From a virus, in IMG/VR virus record IMGVR_UViG_3300027965_000212, positions 2,313 to 66,312 of that record: a DNA stretch of 64,000 nt. One strand, written 5' to 3'. The translations under genes were made by a program, and so were the position numbers. Shown here one piece after another: positions 34,167 to 43,093 of the stretch (position 1 is the stretch's first letter; every line of letters starts with the position of its first letter). The notes beneath the pieces were generated by a model, which was not told the origin of the DNA, ran no database searches, and worked only from the letters and a program-made list of their open reading frames with translations.

Positions 34167-35030
34167 TCAGCTGATGGACTTGAGGAGGCTCGAGAACGCC
34201 TCGTCTGGAGGCAGGACCTCGTCCGCGAGGCCCTGGGTGACACCGGCAGACCCGAGGAAACATCCAGCTTCCGTCGATCTCACTTTGCCGGCGCCGAGCT
34301 CACGATTACGCGCGACCAAATCAACAAACATCTCGCCCATGGCGTCGATGTCGGCCTGGAAGCGGGCACGCGCAGCATCCGACAGCGGCGTGGTCGGATA
34401 GCTGTCAGACTTGCGCTCGCCATATTGAATGGTGGTGACCTTGATGCCGAACCTCTCAAGCGCCGCGGTGATATCGACATGCAGCGCGATCACGCCGATC
34501 GAGCCGGACCCGCCAGTGCGCGGCACCGTGATGTGATCCGCAGCGCTCGCGAGCGCATAGGCCGCCGAATAGGCGTATTCGTCGAGGATCGCCCAGATCG
34601 GCTTCCGACCGCGCATCGCATAGATTTGATCGGCGAGGTCGAAACATCCAGCCACCTCGCCGCCGGGCGAATTGATGTGCATCGCGATCGCGCGTACTTC
34701 GGCATCATCGAGCGCCGCAGTCATCTGGTCGCTGATGTCGGAGTAGACGGTCTCCGCATCCCAAGCCCACCAGCAGCGCTCGTGCACCAATACGCCGCGC
34801 ACTGGAATGATCGCGACCCCGTCAACAAGATCGTAGGGGCGAAGCCGCTCGCTGCGCAGATCAGCTGCGCGGCCCAGATCGGCGGATGCGGGTATCTCCG
34901 CAACAGGCATGACGACAGGGGCTTGGAGCATCTCCAGCAGCACCGCAGCGTGACCAGGCCAAAGCGCGAGCGGCGCATTGAGGAAGCGCCGCAGGCGTCC
35001 CGGATTAAGCTCGGGAGCGAGATGATTCAT
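34167..35030 (-). CDS. S49 prohead protease (lambda gpC-like)
   Basis: INSPGGEV, AYSAAYALAS, GSIGV. Confidence 0.93.
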   Translation of the reverse strand: MNHLAPELNPGRLRRFLNAPLALWPGHAAVLLEMLQAPVVMPVAEIPASADLGRAADLRSERLRPYDLVDGVAIIPVRGVLVHERCWWAWDAETVYSDISDQMTAALDDAEVRAIAMHINSPGGEVAGCFDLADQIYAMRGRKPIWAILDEYAYSAAYALASAADHITVPRTGGSGSIGVIALHVDITAALERFGIKVTTIQYGERKSDSYPTTPLSDAARARFQADIDAMGEMFVDLVARNRELGAGKVRSTEAGCFLGSAGVTQGLADEVLPPDEAFSSLLKSIS

Positions 35031-36676
35031 TGTGCCTCCGGTTGCCGCGCGCTTCGCTGCGCGAGCACCGCACCCGCCCATTCGGGCCGCGGAATACCGT
35101 ATTTGTCGAACAGAGAGAGCTCGTAGCGGCGCTGCTCAAGCACCTCCTCGAATTCGAGGCCCTGTTCCGCGCATTCGTCCTCGAGCGTCGAGAGGGCGCC
35201 ATCCATACGCATGATGGCGGCACCAGCTTCATCGACCGGGGAAATCCACCCCCTGCCCGGGCCCATCCAGCGGCAGCGCGAATAGGCGCCGCGAGCCGAG
35301 GGAAAGTCGGGCGCGCCGGCAGGCAACGGCAGATCGTCGACCTCGTGCGCCTCTTCGAGCCAGGCGGCACGGATCGGCGCGGCAAAGCCCTCGGCGAATT
35401 CATGCCGTCGGCGCGCCAATGTCTTCCATGCCTCGAGCAGCGCGCCGCGCGCGGATGAATAGTTCACATCCGACCAGTTGTTGCTGATCTGCTGCGCCGA
35501 GAGCCCGGCGCCGGCCGCAACGTTGCGCAGCACCGCGCCTTCAAATTCCTTGAAGTTGCTGCTCGGACGGGTCGGTGCAACCGTGTTGATCTTCTCGCCC
35601 GGGAAGAGCATCGGGATCCTGGCGTTGCCGATCATCATCCCGCGGCCGTCGTGGAACTCCTTGCGCAGGCCCTGATAGCGAGGAATCTTCTCGCCGTCCT
35701 CGAGCGCCTCCATCATCATTTCATGATCGAAGGGTGACTCAACGTAGGCCGCGAAGACCGAATTCAAGATCGCTGCGTCGACCTCGAGCGTGTCGTACTT
35801 GATCAGCATCTTGAGACGCTGAATGACCGGCGTCAGGATCCCGGCGCCGCCGCGATGCTGCGCAGCCCGGTCGGCCTCATAGTCGTGAACGACAATCGGG
35901 CGGCCCCAAGAGGTTTCGCGCAGCACGCGTTCCCAGGTGACGGATTCCGCGGCAGTGAACCAGTCGCCCGCATGCGCCTTACGGATATGATAGGCGACCG
36001 CTGCGCCGTAGCGATCGATCTCGACGCCGCCGCGCATGGTCATCTGATCGAAGCGCAGCTGCGGATTGGAGAGCCGATCCGGATCGACGATCTGCACCGC
36101 CGTGCAATAGCGCGCGGCACCCCGCCCAACGCGCTCCGGAATCCACTGCATCACTGCGAGCGCATCGCCGTCGATCAGCTTATGGCGGAAGCCGATGCGC
36201 ATCATCTGGCCGAAGGTCCAGTTGCGCGCGGCATCGCAATAGCGACCAAGATCCGTCACCGCCCAGGCACGCCAATGCGCGTCGACGGCCGCGGCGTATT
36301 CCTTGGCCCACACATGATCGAACGCGGCGCCGGAGACGCTGGCGAGGAACCGATAATCCGGCTTCGGCACCGGGCGAAGGTTCGCGCCGACCGCGTTATC
36401 GAGCACACGCGTGACCGCGCCAGATGCCCATCCGTCATTGCGGACCAGGTCGCGAACGCGGCTAACGATCCGGTCGCGATAGATGTTGAGCTCGCCGTCA
36501 GGGCTCCAGAGATAGGGCTGCCACGCGGCGAGATGCTGGCCGTAGATGTCGGCCGCGTCATAGGGCGGTCCGCCGAAGCGGCCGTTGCCGCCGTTGAGCG
36601 CGCGCGCGCGACGGCTCGGCGGCACAGGTTCGCCGCCGGGACCATAGATCACCACTTCGCGTTTTTCTGACTGCAT
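35027..36676 (-). CDS. Portal protein, lambda family
   Basis: RVRDLVRND, GGVEID.YG..VAY, VNYSSAR, GRGWISPVDE. Confidence 0.95.
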   Translation of the reverse strand: MQSEKREVVIYGPGGEPVPPSRRARALNGGNGRFGGPPYDAADIYGQHLAAWQPYLWSPDGELNIYRDRIVSRVRDLVRNDGWASGAVTRVLDNAVGANLRPVPKPDYRFLASVSGAAFDHVWAKEYAAAVDAHWRAWAVTDLGRYCDAARNWTFGQMMRIGFRHKLIDGDALAVMQWIPERVGRGAARYCTAVQIVDPDRLSNPQLRFDQMTMRGGVEIDRYGAAVAYHIRKAHAGDWFTAAESVTWERVLRETSWGRPIVVHDYEADRAAQHRGGAGILTPVIQRLKMLIKYDTLEVDAAILNSVFAAYVESPFDHEMMMEALEDGEKIPRYQGLRKEFHDGRGMMIGNARIPMLFPGEKINTVAPTRPSSNFKEFEGAVLRNVAAGAGLSAQQISNNWSDVNYSSARGALLEAWKTLARRRHEFAEGFAAPIRAAWLEEAHEVDDLPLPAGAPDFPSARGAYSRCRWMGPGRGWISPVDEAGAAIMRMDGALSTLEDECAEQGLEFEEVLEQRRYELSLFDKYGIPRPEWAGAVLAQRSARQPEAQ

Positions 36677-36683
36677 GTGCGGG

Positions 36684-36699
36684 TGCGCCAATTGGCGCA
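36684..36699. repeat. 16-bp palindrome copy 4 (just upstream of the portal start)
   Basis: TGCGCCAATTGGCGCA. Confidence 0.95.
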
Positions 36700-36704
36700 A
36701 GCTC

Positions 36705-36860
36705 TCAACGTCTCGGTTCTACGCGCGGGAGATCGCGCCGGTATCGGGCATTCCAGTTGGCGACCGCTTCATCGAAGCGGCGCCAGGCATCGCCCGGGAT
36801 TTGCTGATAGCTGTCGTGCTCGGCTATCAGCTTCTGCAGATCGGGATAGCCGGAGATCAT
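36705..36860 (-). CDS. 51-aa hypothetical between gpW and portal
   Basis: ATGA-coupled to gpW; MISGYPDLQKLIAEH... Confidence 0.5.
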   Translation of the reverse strand: MISGYPDLQKLIAEHDSYQQIPGDAWRRFDEAVANWNARYRRDLPRVEPRR

Positions 36861-37108
36861 CGATAGTAGGGCCGGATGGCGCGCCGACCACGATTGATTC
36901 CGAGCTGCCGCTGCAGCAAGCCGATCCACTGCACCAATCCGGCCTTTTCGGCCGGCGTGTAGGTGACGCTCTTGCCTTCGTAGGACACTGTCACCGGTTT
37001 GCCGCCGGTGACGAGCTGCTGATACGCCATCTGCGCCTCGCTCAGCCATTGCTGCAGCGTCGCGATGGCGACGCCGGAGAGGATCGTTCTGTTCGGGTCG
37101 AAGGTCAT
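36857..37108 (-). CDS. Head completion protein, gpW family
   Basis: AYQQLVTGGKPVTVSY...VTYT..L..QLG..RRAI. Confidence 0.9.
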   Translation of the reverse strand: MTFDPNRTILSGVAIATLQQWLSEAQMAYQQLVTGGKPVTVSYEGKSVTYTPAEKAGLVQWIGLLQRQLGINRGRRAIRPYYR

Positions 37109-39033
37109 GCGAGCAGACTTGCGATCGATTTGCGTGTCGGCGGCTTAGGTGGCGGAGCCTTGGGCGCCACGGAAGGCGCGGCGATCAGATCCTCGAGATC
37201 GAGCTGTCCAGTTTGCAGCGGGGTCTCACGCTCGGCCTCGAGCTTGCCCCAGCCGACGTCGGATAACCCGTAAACGCCAAACTTGAGCGCGGCGCCGGTT
37301 GCCTGGATCAGCGTATCGAGCGCCTCGTTGTCCTGCCGATCGTCCTTCACCCAGCGATAGACTGTGAAGCCACGGTCGCCTTTGCGCTTGATGGGCACGC
37401 GCCGTTCGGCCGTGAGCTCCTGGAAGTATTCATCGTCGAGACCGGAGGGAAACGCGACAAAGCCATTCGCAAGCGGGTCGTCCTTGGCGAGATCCCGGTA
37501 GAGCGCCATCTTCAGGACTGACACGCCCAAATGATAGAACCGGCTGGAATAGCGCAGAACCTTGCCGGTCTTTTCGTTACGCTCCCGCTTCACCCGAGCG
37601 ATGCGCGGCGCGCCATCATCGCCGCGGCCGCGCACCATAATCAGCTTCGAGGATGGATGCTTGCGGGCGAAGCTCCAAACATCCTCCGTCCAGGCGTTAC
37701 CGTCGATCGCGGCGAGGTCGATGCCGAGGTTGCGGCCGGCGGAGTTGCGCCACTGCTTGCCGAGCAGAGCGCCGAGATTGGCCTGGCAGTCGGGATCAGA
37801 GATGTGGCGATCAATGATCCCATAGTCGACCACGTAGCGGCGATAATCGCGACCGAAGCCGACCAGCTGCCACTCCACGCGATTGACCTGGCAGTCGATG
37901 CCGAGCATCAACAACAATGCGCCGGCCGGAACATTACCGCGAACGTAGTGAGATTCAGCTGCCCGATCGCGCAGCTCTTCCCAAGGCCGCGCCTCGCCTT
38001 GTGCCCGATAGGCCTTGCCGACCGTATCGTTGAGGAACGTCTTTTCGGCGGCCGGGTCGCCGCGCGCGCGCAACCATTCGGCCGCGATGCGCGAGAACGA
38101 TTGCAGATAGGAATACGCGGACCAAATCCAAAACGAGCGATGCTCGCGCCGCGCATTCGGGTTTTTCGCTCGCCACTCGAAGCCGGCGAGCATCTGCGGC
38201 CGATGATGCTCCTCGATCGTCGCGCCGCACGCCACGCAGGTGAAATGCGCGTCCTCCGGCTTCGCCGGATCGAGACTGGCGAGCATGTTGTCCCATTCCA
38301 GCACCTGCATCTCGCCGCAGTGCGGGCATGGGACGTAAGGCATCTCCTGGCTGCCGGCCTCGAAGTTCCGCGTGATGCGGCAGCCCGGCATGACGAGCGG
38401 CGTCGAGATTTTCGCGATCTTGGCGAATTCGATCGCGCGCGAGCGGTTGTCGGCCTGCACCTCCGGATCGCCGGCCGCGTTCATCTCCCATTTCGCCAGG
38501 TCATCCTGCACCTGGCACTGGATCGTGACCTGCGAGAGCGAGGCCGGCGAGTTGGCGCCGCTGATCAGCAGCGTCGCCAGACCATCGCGCCGTTCCTTGT
38601 ACATCACGCTGTCGGCGACATCGCGGCTCTTCTGCGGGAAGAGCTCCCGCACCACCGCGGTCGACCGCATCAGCGGAGCGAGCTTCATCTTCGACCAGCG
38701 CCGCGCGTTATCCTCGGTCGGATGCGCGTAGAGGAAATTCCCCTTCGCCATCGTGATCGACCCGCACGTGAAGATGTTAGCGAGCGTCGTCTTGCCGATC
38801 TGCGCCGAGCCTTGAACGGTCACATAGCGGCACGGATCATCCGGCGACAGCGCCCGCAGGATCTCGTCGAAGTACGGGAAGAGCTTCCGATTGTACGGGC
38901 CCGGGAACGACCCTTCGGTGATGACGACGTTGCGCTCCGCCCAGGCGAGGTAATCGATCGGCGGCGGCGGCTCGAGCGCGACGGCCGCGGCTTCGGTCGC
39001 CAGGCGCTCCACATTGGCGAGCATGATGCCCAT
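37105..39033 (-). CDS. Terminase large subunit, lambda GpA family
   Basis: SAQIGKT, ISTP, CPHC, GIDCQ, NEALD. Confidence 0.96.
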   Translation of the reverse strand: MGIMLANVERLATEAAAVALEPPPPIDYLAWAERNVVITEGSFPGPYNRKLFPYFDEILRALSPDDPCRYVTVQGSAQIGKTTLANIFTCGSITMAKGNFLYAHPTEDNARRWSKMKLAPLMRSTAVVRELFPQKSRDVADSVMYKERRDGLATLLISGANSPASLSQVTIQCQVQDDLAKWEMNAAGDPEVQADNRSRAIEFAKIAKISTPLVMPGCRITRNFEAGSQEMPYVPCPHCGEMQVLEWDNMLASLDPAKPEDAHFTCVACGATIEEHHRPQMLAGFEWRAKNPNARREHRSFWIWSAYSYLQSFSRIAAEWLRARGDPAAEKTFLNDTVGKAYRAQGEARPWEELRDRAAESHYVRGNVPAGALLLMLGIDCQVNRVEWQLVGFGRDYRRYVVDYGIIDRHISDPDCQANLGALLGKQWRNSAGRNLGIDLAAIDGNAWTEDVWSFARKHPSSKLIMVRGRGDDGAPRIARVKRERNEKTGKVLRYSSRFYHLGVSVLKMALYRDLAKDDPLANGFVAFPSGLDDEYFQELTAERRVPIKRKGDRGFTVYRWVKDDRQDNEALDTLIQATGAALKFGVYGLSDVGWGKLEAERETPLQTGQLDLEDLIAAPSVAPKAPPPKPPTRKSIASLLA

Positions 39034-39710
39034 TACGCTGGCTCGCTTTCTTCCTCCCCTTTCCCCTCGGTCTCGGAGACCTCATCCTCGATAAGCGCCG
39101 GCAGCTCGTCAGCCTCATCGCGCAGCGCGGCAGCCGCATTTGCGCGAAAGAGCCGAAACTCGGAACGGAGAAAGTGCAGCATGTCGCGCTGCGGAATTGA
39201 GAACCTGGCGGAGGCCTTCGCCGATATCTCGGCGAGCCAGCCGTCCAGCATGTTGATGATCCGCGCGAGCGCGCGGCCGATCTGCTTCTTGACCGCCTCG
39301 GTCAACGTGTAGCGGCCGGCGCGAGCCGCCTCCTCTTCCGCCTTCTTGCGGTTGTCGCGCGAGAGGCCCTCGAGGCGGGCAGCCTTGATCTGCTCTTCGA
39401 CCGGATCGGTCCGCGGCTGCGGAGGCGGCAGCGGCAGCGCCGGCGCGGCTGCTTCAGTCGGCTGAGCGGGCGGTCCATCGAGCTTGGTCGACAGTCCATT
39501 GCCGAGACGTTGACCGATATCGAGGTGGCGCCGCAGCTGCGCGCGCGCCACGGCAACCCGTATCTGCGCCGTCCGCCCCTCGCCTACAATCGCCTCGCCG
39601 TAGACCTTACCTTCCGTGATCCACTGCGTGACGCGGCCAGGCGACACGTTGCAGAGCCGAGCGAACTCCGACTTGGAGGCGATCTCCGGCTCCGCCGGCT
39701 GCTCACTCAT
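39033..39710 (-). CDS. Terminase small subunit (Nu1-like)
   Basis: N-terminal wHTH SKSEFARLCNVSPGRVTQWI; directly upstream of GpA. Confidence 0.85.
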   Translation of the reverse strand: MSEQPAEPEIASKSEFARLCNVSPGRVTQWITEGKVYGEAIVGEGRTAQIRVAVARAQLRRHLDIGQRLGNGLSTKLDGPPAQPTEAAAPALPLPPPQPRTDPVEEQIKAARLEGLSRDNRKKAEEEAARAGRYTLTEAVKKQIGRALARIINMLDGWLAEISAKASARFSIPQRDMLHFLRSEFRLFRANAAAALRDEADELPALIEDEVSETEGKGEEESEPA

Positions 39711-39723
39711 CCCGCCCCGCGCA

Positions 39724-39845
39724 TTTTTAGCGAGCCTTTTAGCCGCCTTTAGGCAAGCTCTTTAGGCTACGAAAATGCGCTCTGACTGCGAGTTACCCTC
39801 GCTCGCGCGTAGCCCGTGGATGGAGGGTCCATAGGAAGGACCCAA
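39724..39845 (-). other. Candidate cos site
   Basis: cosQ-like GGGTCCT (39837-43) about 22 nt before ACG/GG; four TTTAG repeats next to the small terminase start. Confidence 0.5.
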
Positions 39846-39881
39846 AGAGGTGGAGGAGGTGCCGAGGGGGCGCCCTCGACG

Positions 39882-40487
39882 TCAGGCCTTGAGCCGTCGG
39901 GTCGCAAGCGCCTTGGACAAGGCAGCGGGAAACGAGGTGCGAAGCTCAACCAGCATGTCGTGACGGAAGTCGGCTTCGAAGGGAACGTCAGCCGGCTGAT
40001 TGGCACGCGGTGCGAACGCATACATCAGGTGCAGGCGACCGCCCTTGCCTACATAGATGCCCTTCGGTGTGATCCGGAGGGCGCGCTTGGGCGTGTTGAC
40101 CACGATCGCATGCGGCTTCTGGTTCTTGCGCACCGCGCCTGATGCCATACGACTGACCGCACCTGGTGGCGGAATGGCGAGGCGCCCGCGCGCCTGCTTG
40201 GTGCCGCCTGCATCATGAAGCTTGAGATGCGCCCGGCCGAGGCTATCGTAGATCTCGATCCGGAGGTTGCGCTTGTTGGCGAAATTGGTGCGCAAAGCAC
40301 GCGAGATGAAGCCCTGGTTACGCTGCGTCACATGGCTTGGCCATGTGCCTTGCACCAAGGCTTGCCGTGTGTTCTTGGCCGCCTGGTTCATGGCGAGCGC
40401 AAGCGCGTACGGCACCTGGTCGATCTGGGCGTGTAATTCCTTTGCGCGAAGCTCGAAATCCCGGGTATCGATCACAAGGTCGATCAT
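39882..40487 (-). CDS. Basic phage protein (gpZ/HK97-gp10-like), first late gene
   Basis: QVPYALALAMNQAA..., GGTK; position. Confidence 0.6.
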   Translation of the reverse strand: MIDLVIDTRDFELRAKELHAQIDQVPYALALAMNQAAKNTRQALVQGTWPSHVTQRNQGFISRALRTNFANKRNLRIEIYDSLGRAHLKLHDAGGTKQARGRLAIPPPGAVSRMASGAVRKNQKPHAIVVNTPKRALRITPKGIYVGKGGRLHLMYAFAPRANQPADVPFEADFRHDMLVELRTSFPAALSKALATRRLKA

Positions 40488-40504
40488 CAGGTTCCAGCCC
40501 CTAT

Positions 40505-40540
40505 AAAACACAAAACCCCGCGCACGTGAGTGGCGGGGCC
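40505..40540 (-). terminator. Intrinsic terminator in the late-operon leader
   Basis: Minus strand CCCCGC-loop-GCGGGG-TTTTGTGTTTT. Confidence 0.7.
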
Positions 40541-40604
40541 TGTAAGCGGCAGCACGGGGATATTTCCCCGTTGTTGTGGCGTTTCCGCCGTCGCGCGCTT
40601 TGAC

Positions 40605-41315
40605 CTAAGAGGCCGGATCGCCGGCTATCCGTCGGCTACATCGCGTGAGCTCGGACGCTGGTACCCAAACTCTGATAACGCGCCCGAACAACTTCGTTAC
40701 CTCAACACCGATTCTCGATTCATTTGCAACCTTGAAAACCTTCCCGCTCCCCAGAAACTCGGCATTACCGCGATCCCTGAATTCGACTTCGTCACCGATC
40801 TCGAGCGGTCCCACGTCCGGATCGGGCGGAGGGGGCAGATTGAGCTGCGCCTCGATCTTGCGGATGCGCTCGATGTCATCTTGCCGAAGCACCGCTGGCA
40901 AACCCTTGGAGCTACGAATGAAGTCACGAACACCGGCCCATTTCATCACTGGATCACGGTGCTGAATATTCATGATCCGAGTGGGGGCGAACATCAGGCC
41001 GGGCATGATGGGCCAAAGCCGATGAGATGTCTTCGTGGTATTGAGACCGGAAATGGCCTGCTTCGAAAAGACGGGAAGATAGATCAGCACATTTAGATTG
41101 ATCAGTCGCTCGGCTGCCTTGATTTCACGGTTTGGCGACACGATCAAGGCGTGCCACTCCCGAAATGCCTCCCAGGGCGTGACCTCTTCGGGCTGGATCA
41201 GATCGGCGAAGTGCGTATCGAGCTTTTTCGATCGCCAGTCGTCGCCCCACTCAGCCCGCGCGCGCTCTTCGGCGAGACGAACCGCGTCCGGATTGAGCTT
41301 GTCGTTTGCGAGCAT
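40605..41315 (-). CDS. NusG-paralogue transcription antiterminator
   Basis: NGN (WHALIVSPNRE..IYLP..PIMPGLMF..GVRDFI) plus KOW (LEIGDEVEF..LFGR). Confidence 0.85.
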   Translation of the reverse strand: MLANDKLNPDAVRLAEERARAEWGDDWRSKKLDTHFADLIQPEEVTPWEAFREWHALIVSPNREIKAAERLINLNVLIYLPVFSKQAISGLNTTKTSHRLWPIMPGLMFAPTRIMNIQHRDPVMKWAGVRDFIRSSKGLPAVLRQDDIERIRKIEAQLNLPPPPDPDVGPLEIGDEVEFRDRGNAEFLGSGKVFKVANESRIGVEVTKLFGRVIRVWVPASELTRCSRRIAGDPAS

Positions 41316-41322
41316 CGGTCAC

Positions 41323-42504
41323 CTATTTGAATTCGGCCAAATCTTCAGCGGTGCAGAGCGTTTTTGCGTCGGCTGGCGGCCCGGTCGACACGCCGCCGTC
41401 CTTGCGCGGCGGCCATGGCCAAGGCGCCTCGATCGCATCGAACTGCCGCAAGTTTGTGAGATGCGCGCGCAGGAAATCCCGCCATGCTGCGAAGTTCGGC
41501 GAGCCGATGCGATAGATCGCGCCCTCGGCCGGCGCGGATGCGAGCGCGAGCAGCTGCGGCGTGATCGGCCGCGTATAGATCAACCGCCCGTCGCCCATCC
41601 GCGGCAAGCTCGTTTGGCCGATCCGCGCCAGCGCCTGCAGCGCTCGGCCGGCCTCGCTCGCAAGACCGTACGGGCCACCGATGCCGGCTTCCGGCGCGGG
41701 CGAAGCCATCAGCCCTTCCCAGACGCGCTTGCGGATGAAAAGGTGCGCTTTCATCGGCTTTTCGCGCCGACGCAGGCAGCGCGCTGCGAATACCGGCACA
41801 CCGGCGACGCAAGCCTTCTGATCGGCAGCCGACAGCGCAGCAAAACTCTCTTGCGCCGCGATCAGGTCGACAATCCCGTCCGGATAGCCCGCCTTGAATT
41901 CCCTGAAACGCTCCTCGGTTCCATCAACACCCCCCGGAGGGGGGTTTGGGGGGAGAATCTTAGGTTCAGGTTCAGAGATTAGGCCCTGCACGCAGGTGAA
42001 GGGCAAATGCACCCCTAATGCAGGGTCAGCTGAATTTGACCCCTCACCGCGTGCAGGGTCAGATGCATCGCGCCCCGCAGGCGCTAACCCCTCACCGCGT
42101 GCAGGGCTAAATTCCCCCCTATCCCCCTCGCCGGCGCCGCTCGCGCGCGCCTCGATTTCATCCGGATCGGCATTGATCATCAGCCGGATTTCGTCGGTCG
42201 TGCGGCGCCCGCGGCCATCGCCATTGCGGCGGCCGACCTCATCGATCCACTGCGGCGCGCGCGCGATCGCACCGATCTCCTCGAGGAAGGAAAGTCGCCT
42301 GCGTACCGTGTTCTCGACGAGCTCGCAGTCTTCAGCGAGGTGCGAGATCGAGACAAAGCACGCGCCCTCGCCATTGACGTAGCCGGTGAGCATGCACAGG
42401 ACGAACTTGGCGTGCGGATTGCCGATCCGCAGGTTGCGCGCCCAGGCGTGCGCCTCGTCGGCGGCAATGCGGCGCGGCCGGCGCCGTCTGTCAATCTCAG
42501 CCAT
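41323..42504 (-). CDS. Replication initiator (N-terminal wHTH)
   Basis: AKFVLCML...CFVSISHLAEDCELVENTVRRRL..LEE.G.I; PPNPP linker; F..F..YP. Confidence 0.8.
   Translation of the reverse strand: MAEIDRRRRPRRIAADEAHAWARNLRIGNPHAKFVLCMLTGYVNGEGACFVSISHLAEDCELVENTVRRRLSFLEEIGAIARAPQWIDEVGRRNGDGRGRRTTDEIRLMINADPDEIEARASGAGEGDRGEFSPARGEGLAPAGRDASDPARGEGSNSADPALGVHLPFTCVQGLISEPEPKILPPNPPPGGVDGTEERFREFKAGYPDGIVDLIAAQESFAALSAADQKACVAGVPVFAARCLRRREKPMKAHLFIRKRVWEGLMASPAPEAGIGGPYGLASEAGRALQALARIGQTSLPRMGDGRLIYTRPITPQLLALASAPAEGAIYRIGSPNFAAWRDFLRAHLTNLRQFDAIEAPWPWPPRKDGGVSTGPPADAKTLCTAEDLAEFK
41955..42112. repeat. Iterons of putative origin inside the initiator gene
   Basis: ACCCCTCACCGCGTGCAGGG at 42039-58 and 42087-106, partial copy near 42011, inverted variant 41984-42003, adjacent AT-richer tract. 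Confidence 0.7.
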
Positions 42505-42506
42505 GG

Positions 42507-42740
42507 TCACGGAACGGTCTCCTCGGCCGCGGCCAGACAGGGCGGCGTGTTTGTCAGCGGAATGCTCGCGCCGTTGCGGTGCCGCCATTCGCGCCACGGC
42601 AGGCCGTGCGGCGGATGCATGGTGATCTTGACCAGCCCGCAGTGCGCGCAGGTGCGCTCGGTCCGATCGGGAAGCCGCACCGGCTCGCCCCAGCGATGGC
42701 GCGGCTCGACGGCAGGCGAAGCTGTCTTTTCCACGGTCAT
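42507..42740 (-). CDS. Small Zn-finger-like hypothetical
   Basis: HRW..CAHCG..PPC; coupled in operon. Confidence 0.55.
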   Translation of the reverse strand: MTVEKTASPAVEPRHRWGEPVRLPDRTERTCAHCGLVKITMHPPHGLPWREWRHRNGASIPLTNTPPCLAAAEETVP

Positions 42741-43093
42741 CGCACTCGCTCCCCTGTGGATATCGGGGACTTGACGGACCGATTCGTCACCCGCGAATCG
42801 CCTTCCGGACGCCGCCCGGGCATGCTTTCAAGCTCAGGCTCCTCGTCCTGAAGGATCGCAGCGAACAAACTTTCGTCGGCGATCATCTCCAGAACGACGC
42901 GGATGAGGCCCGATAAGCGCAGCTTGCGATCCTGCGCCTGCTTGATCCATGCCGCGGCAACATCCTGCGGCAGACTGATCGAGGGGATCACAAAGTTGAT
43001 CCGTTCTTTCTGGCGGTATTGAACGAAGCGCGGCAGGCCGGAACGCGCGCGAGCGGCGGCCATGCGCACCGAAATCGGAATGCGCTCGCTCAT
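42737..43093 (-). CDS. Hypothetical (possible ribbon-helix-helix)
   Basis: ATGA-coupled; ISLP..A.W...A..R...LSGLIRVVL. Confidence 0.5.
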   Translation of the reverse strand: MSERIPISVRMAAARARSGLPRFVQYRQKERINFVIPSISLPQDVAAAWIKQAQDRKLRLSGLIRVVLEMIADESLFAAILQDEEPELESMPGRRPEGDSRVTNRSVKSPISTGERVR

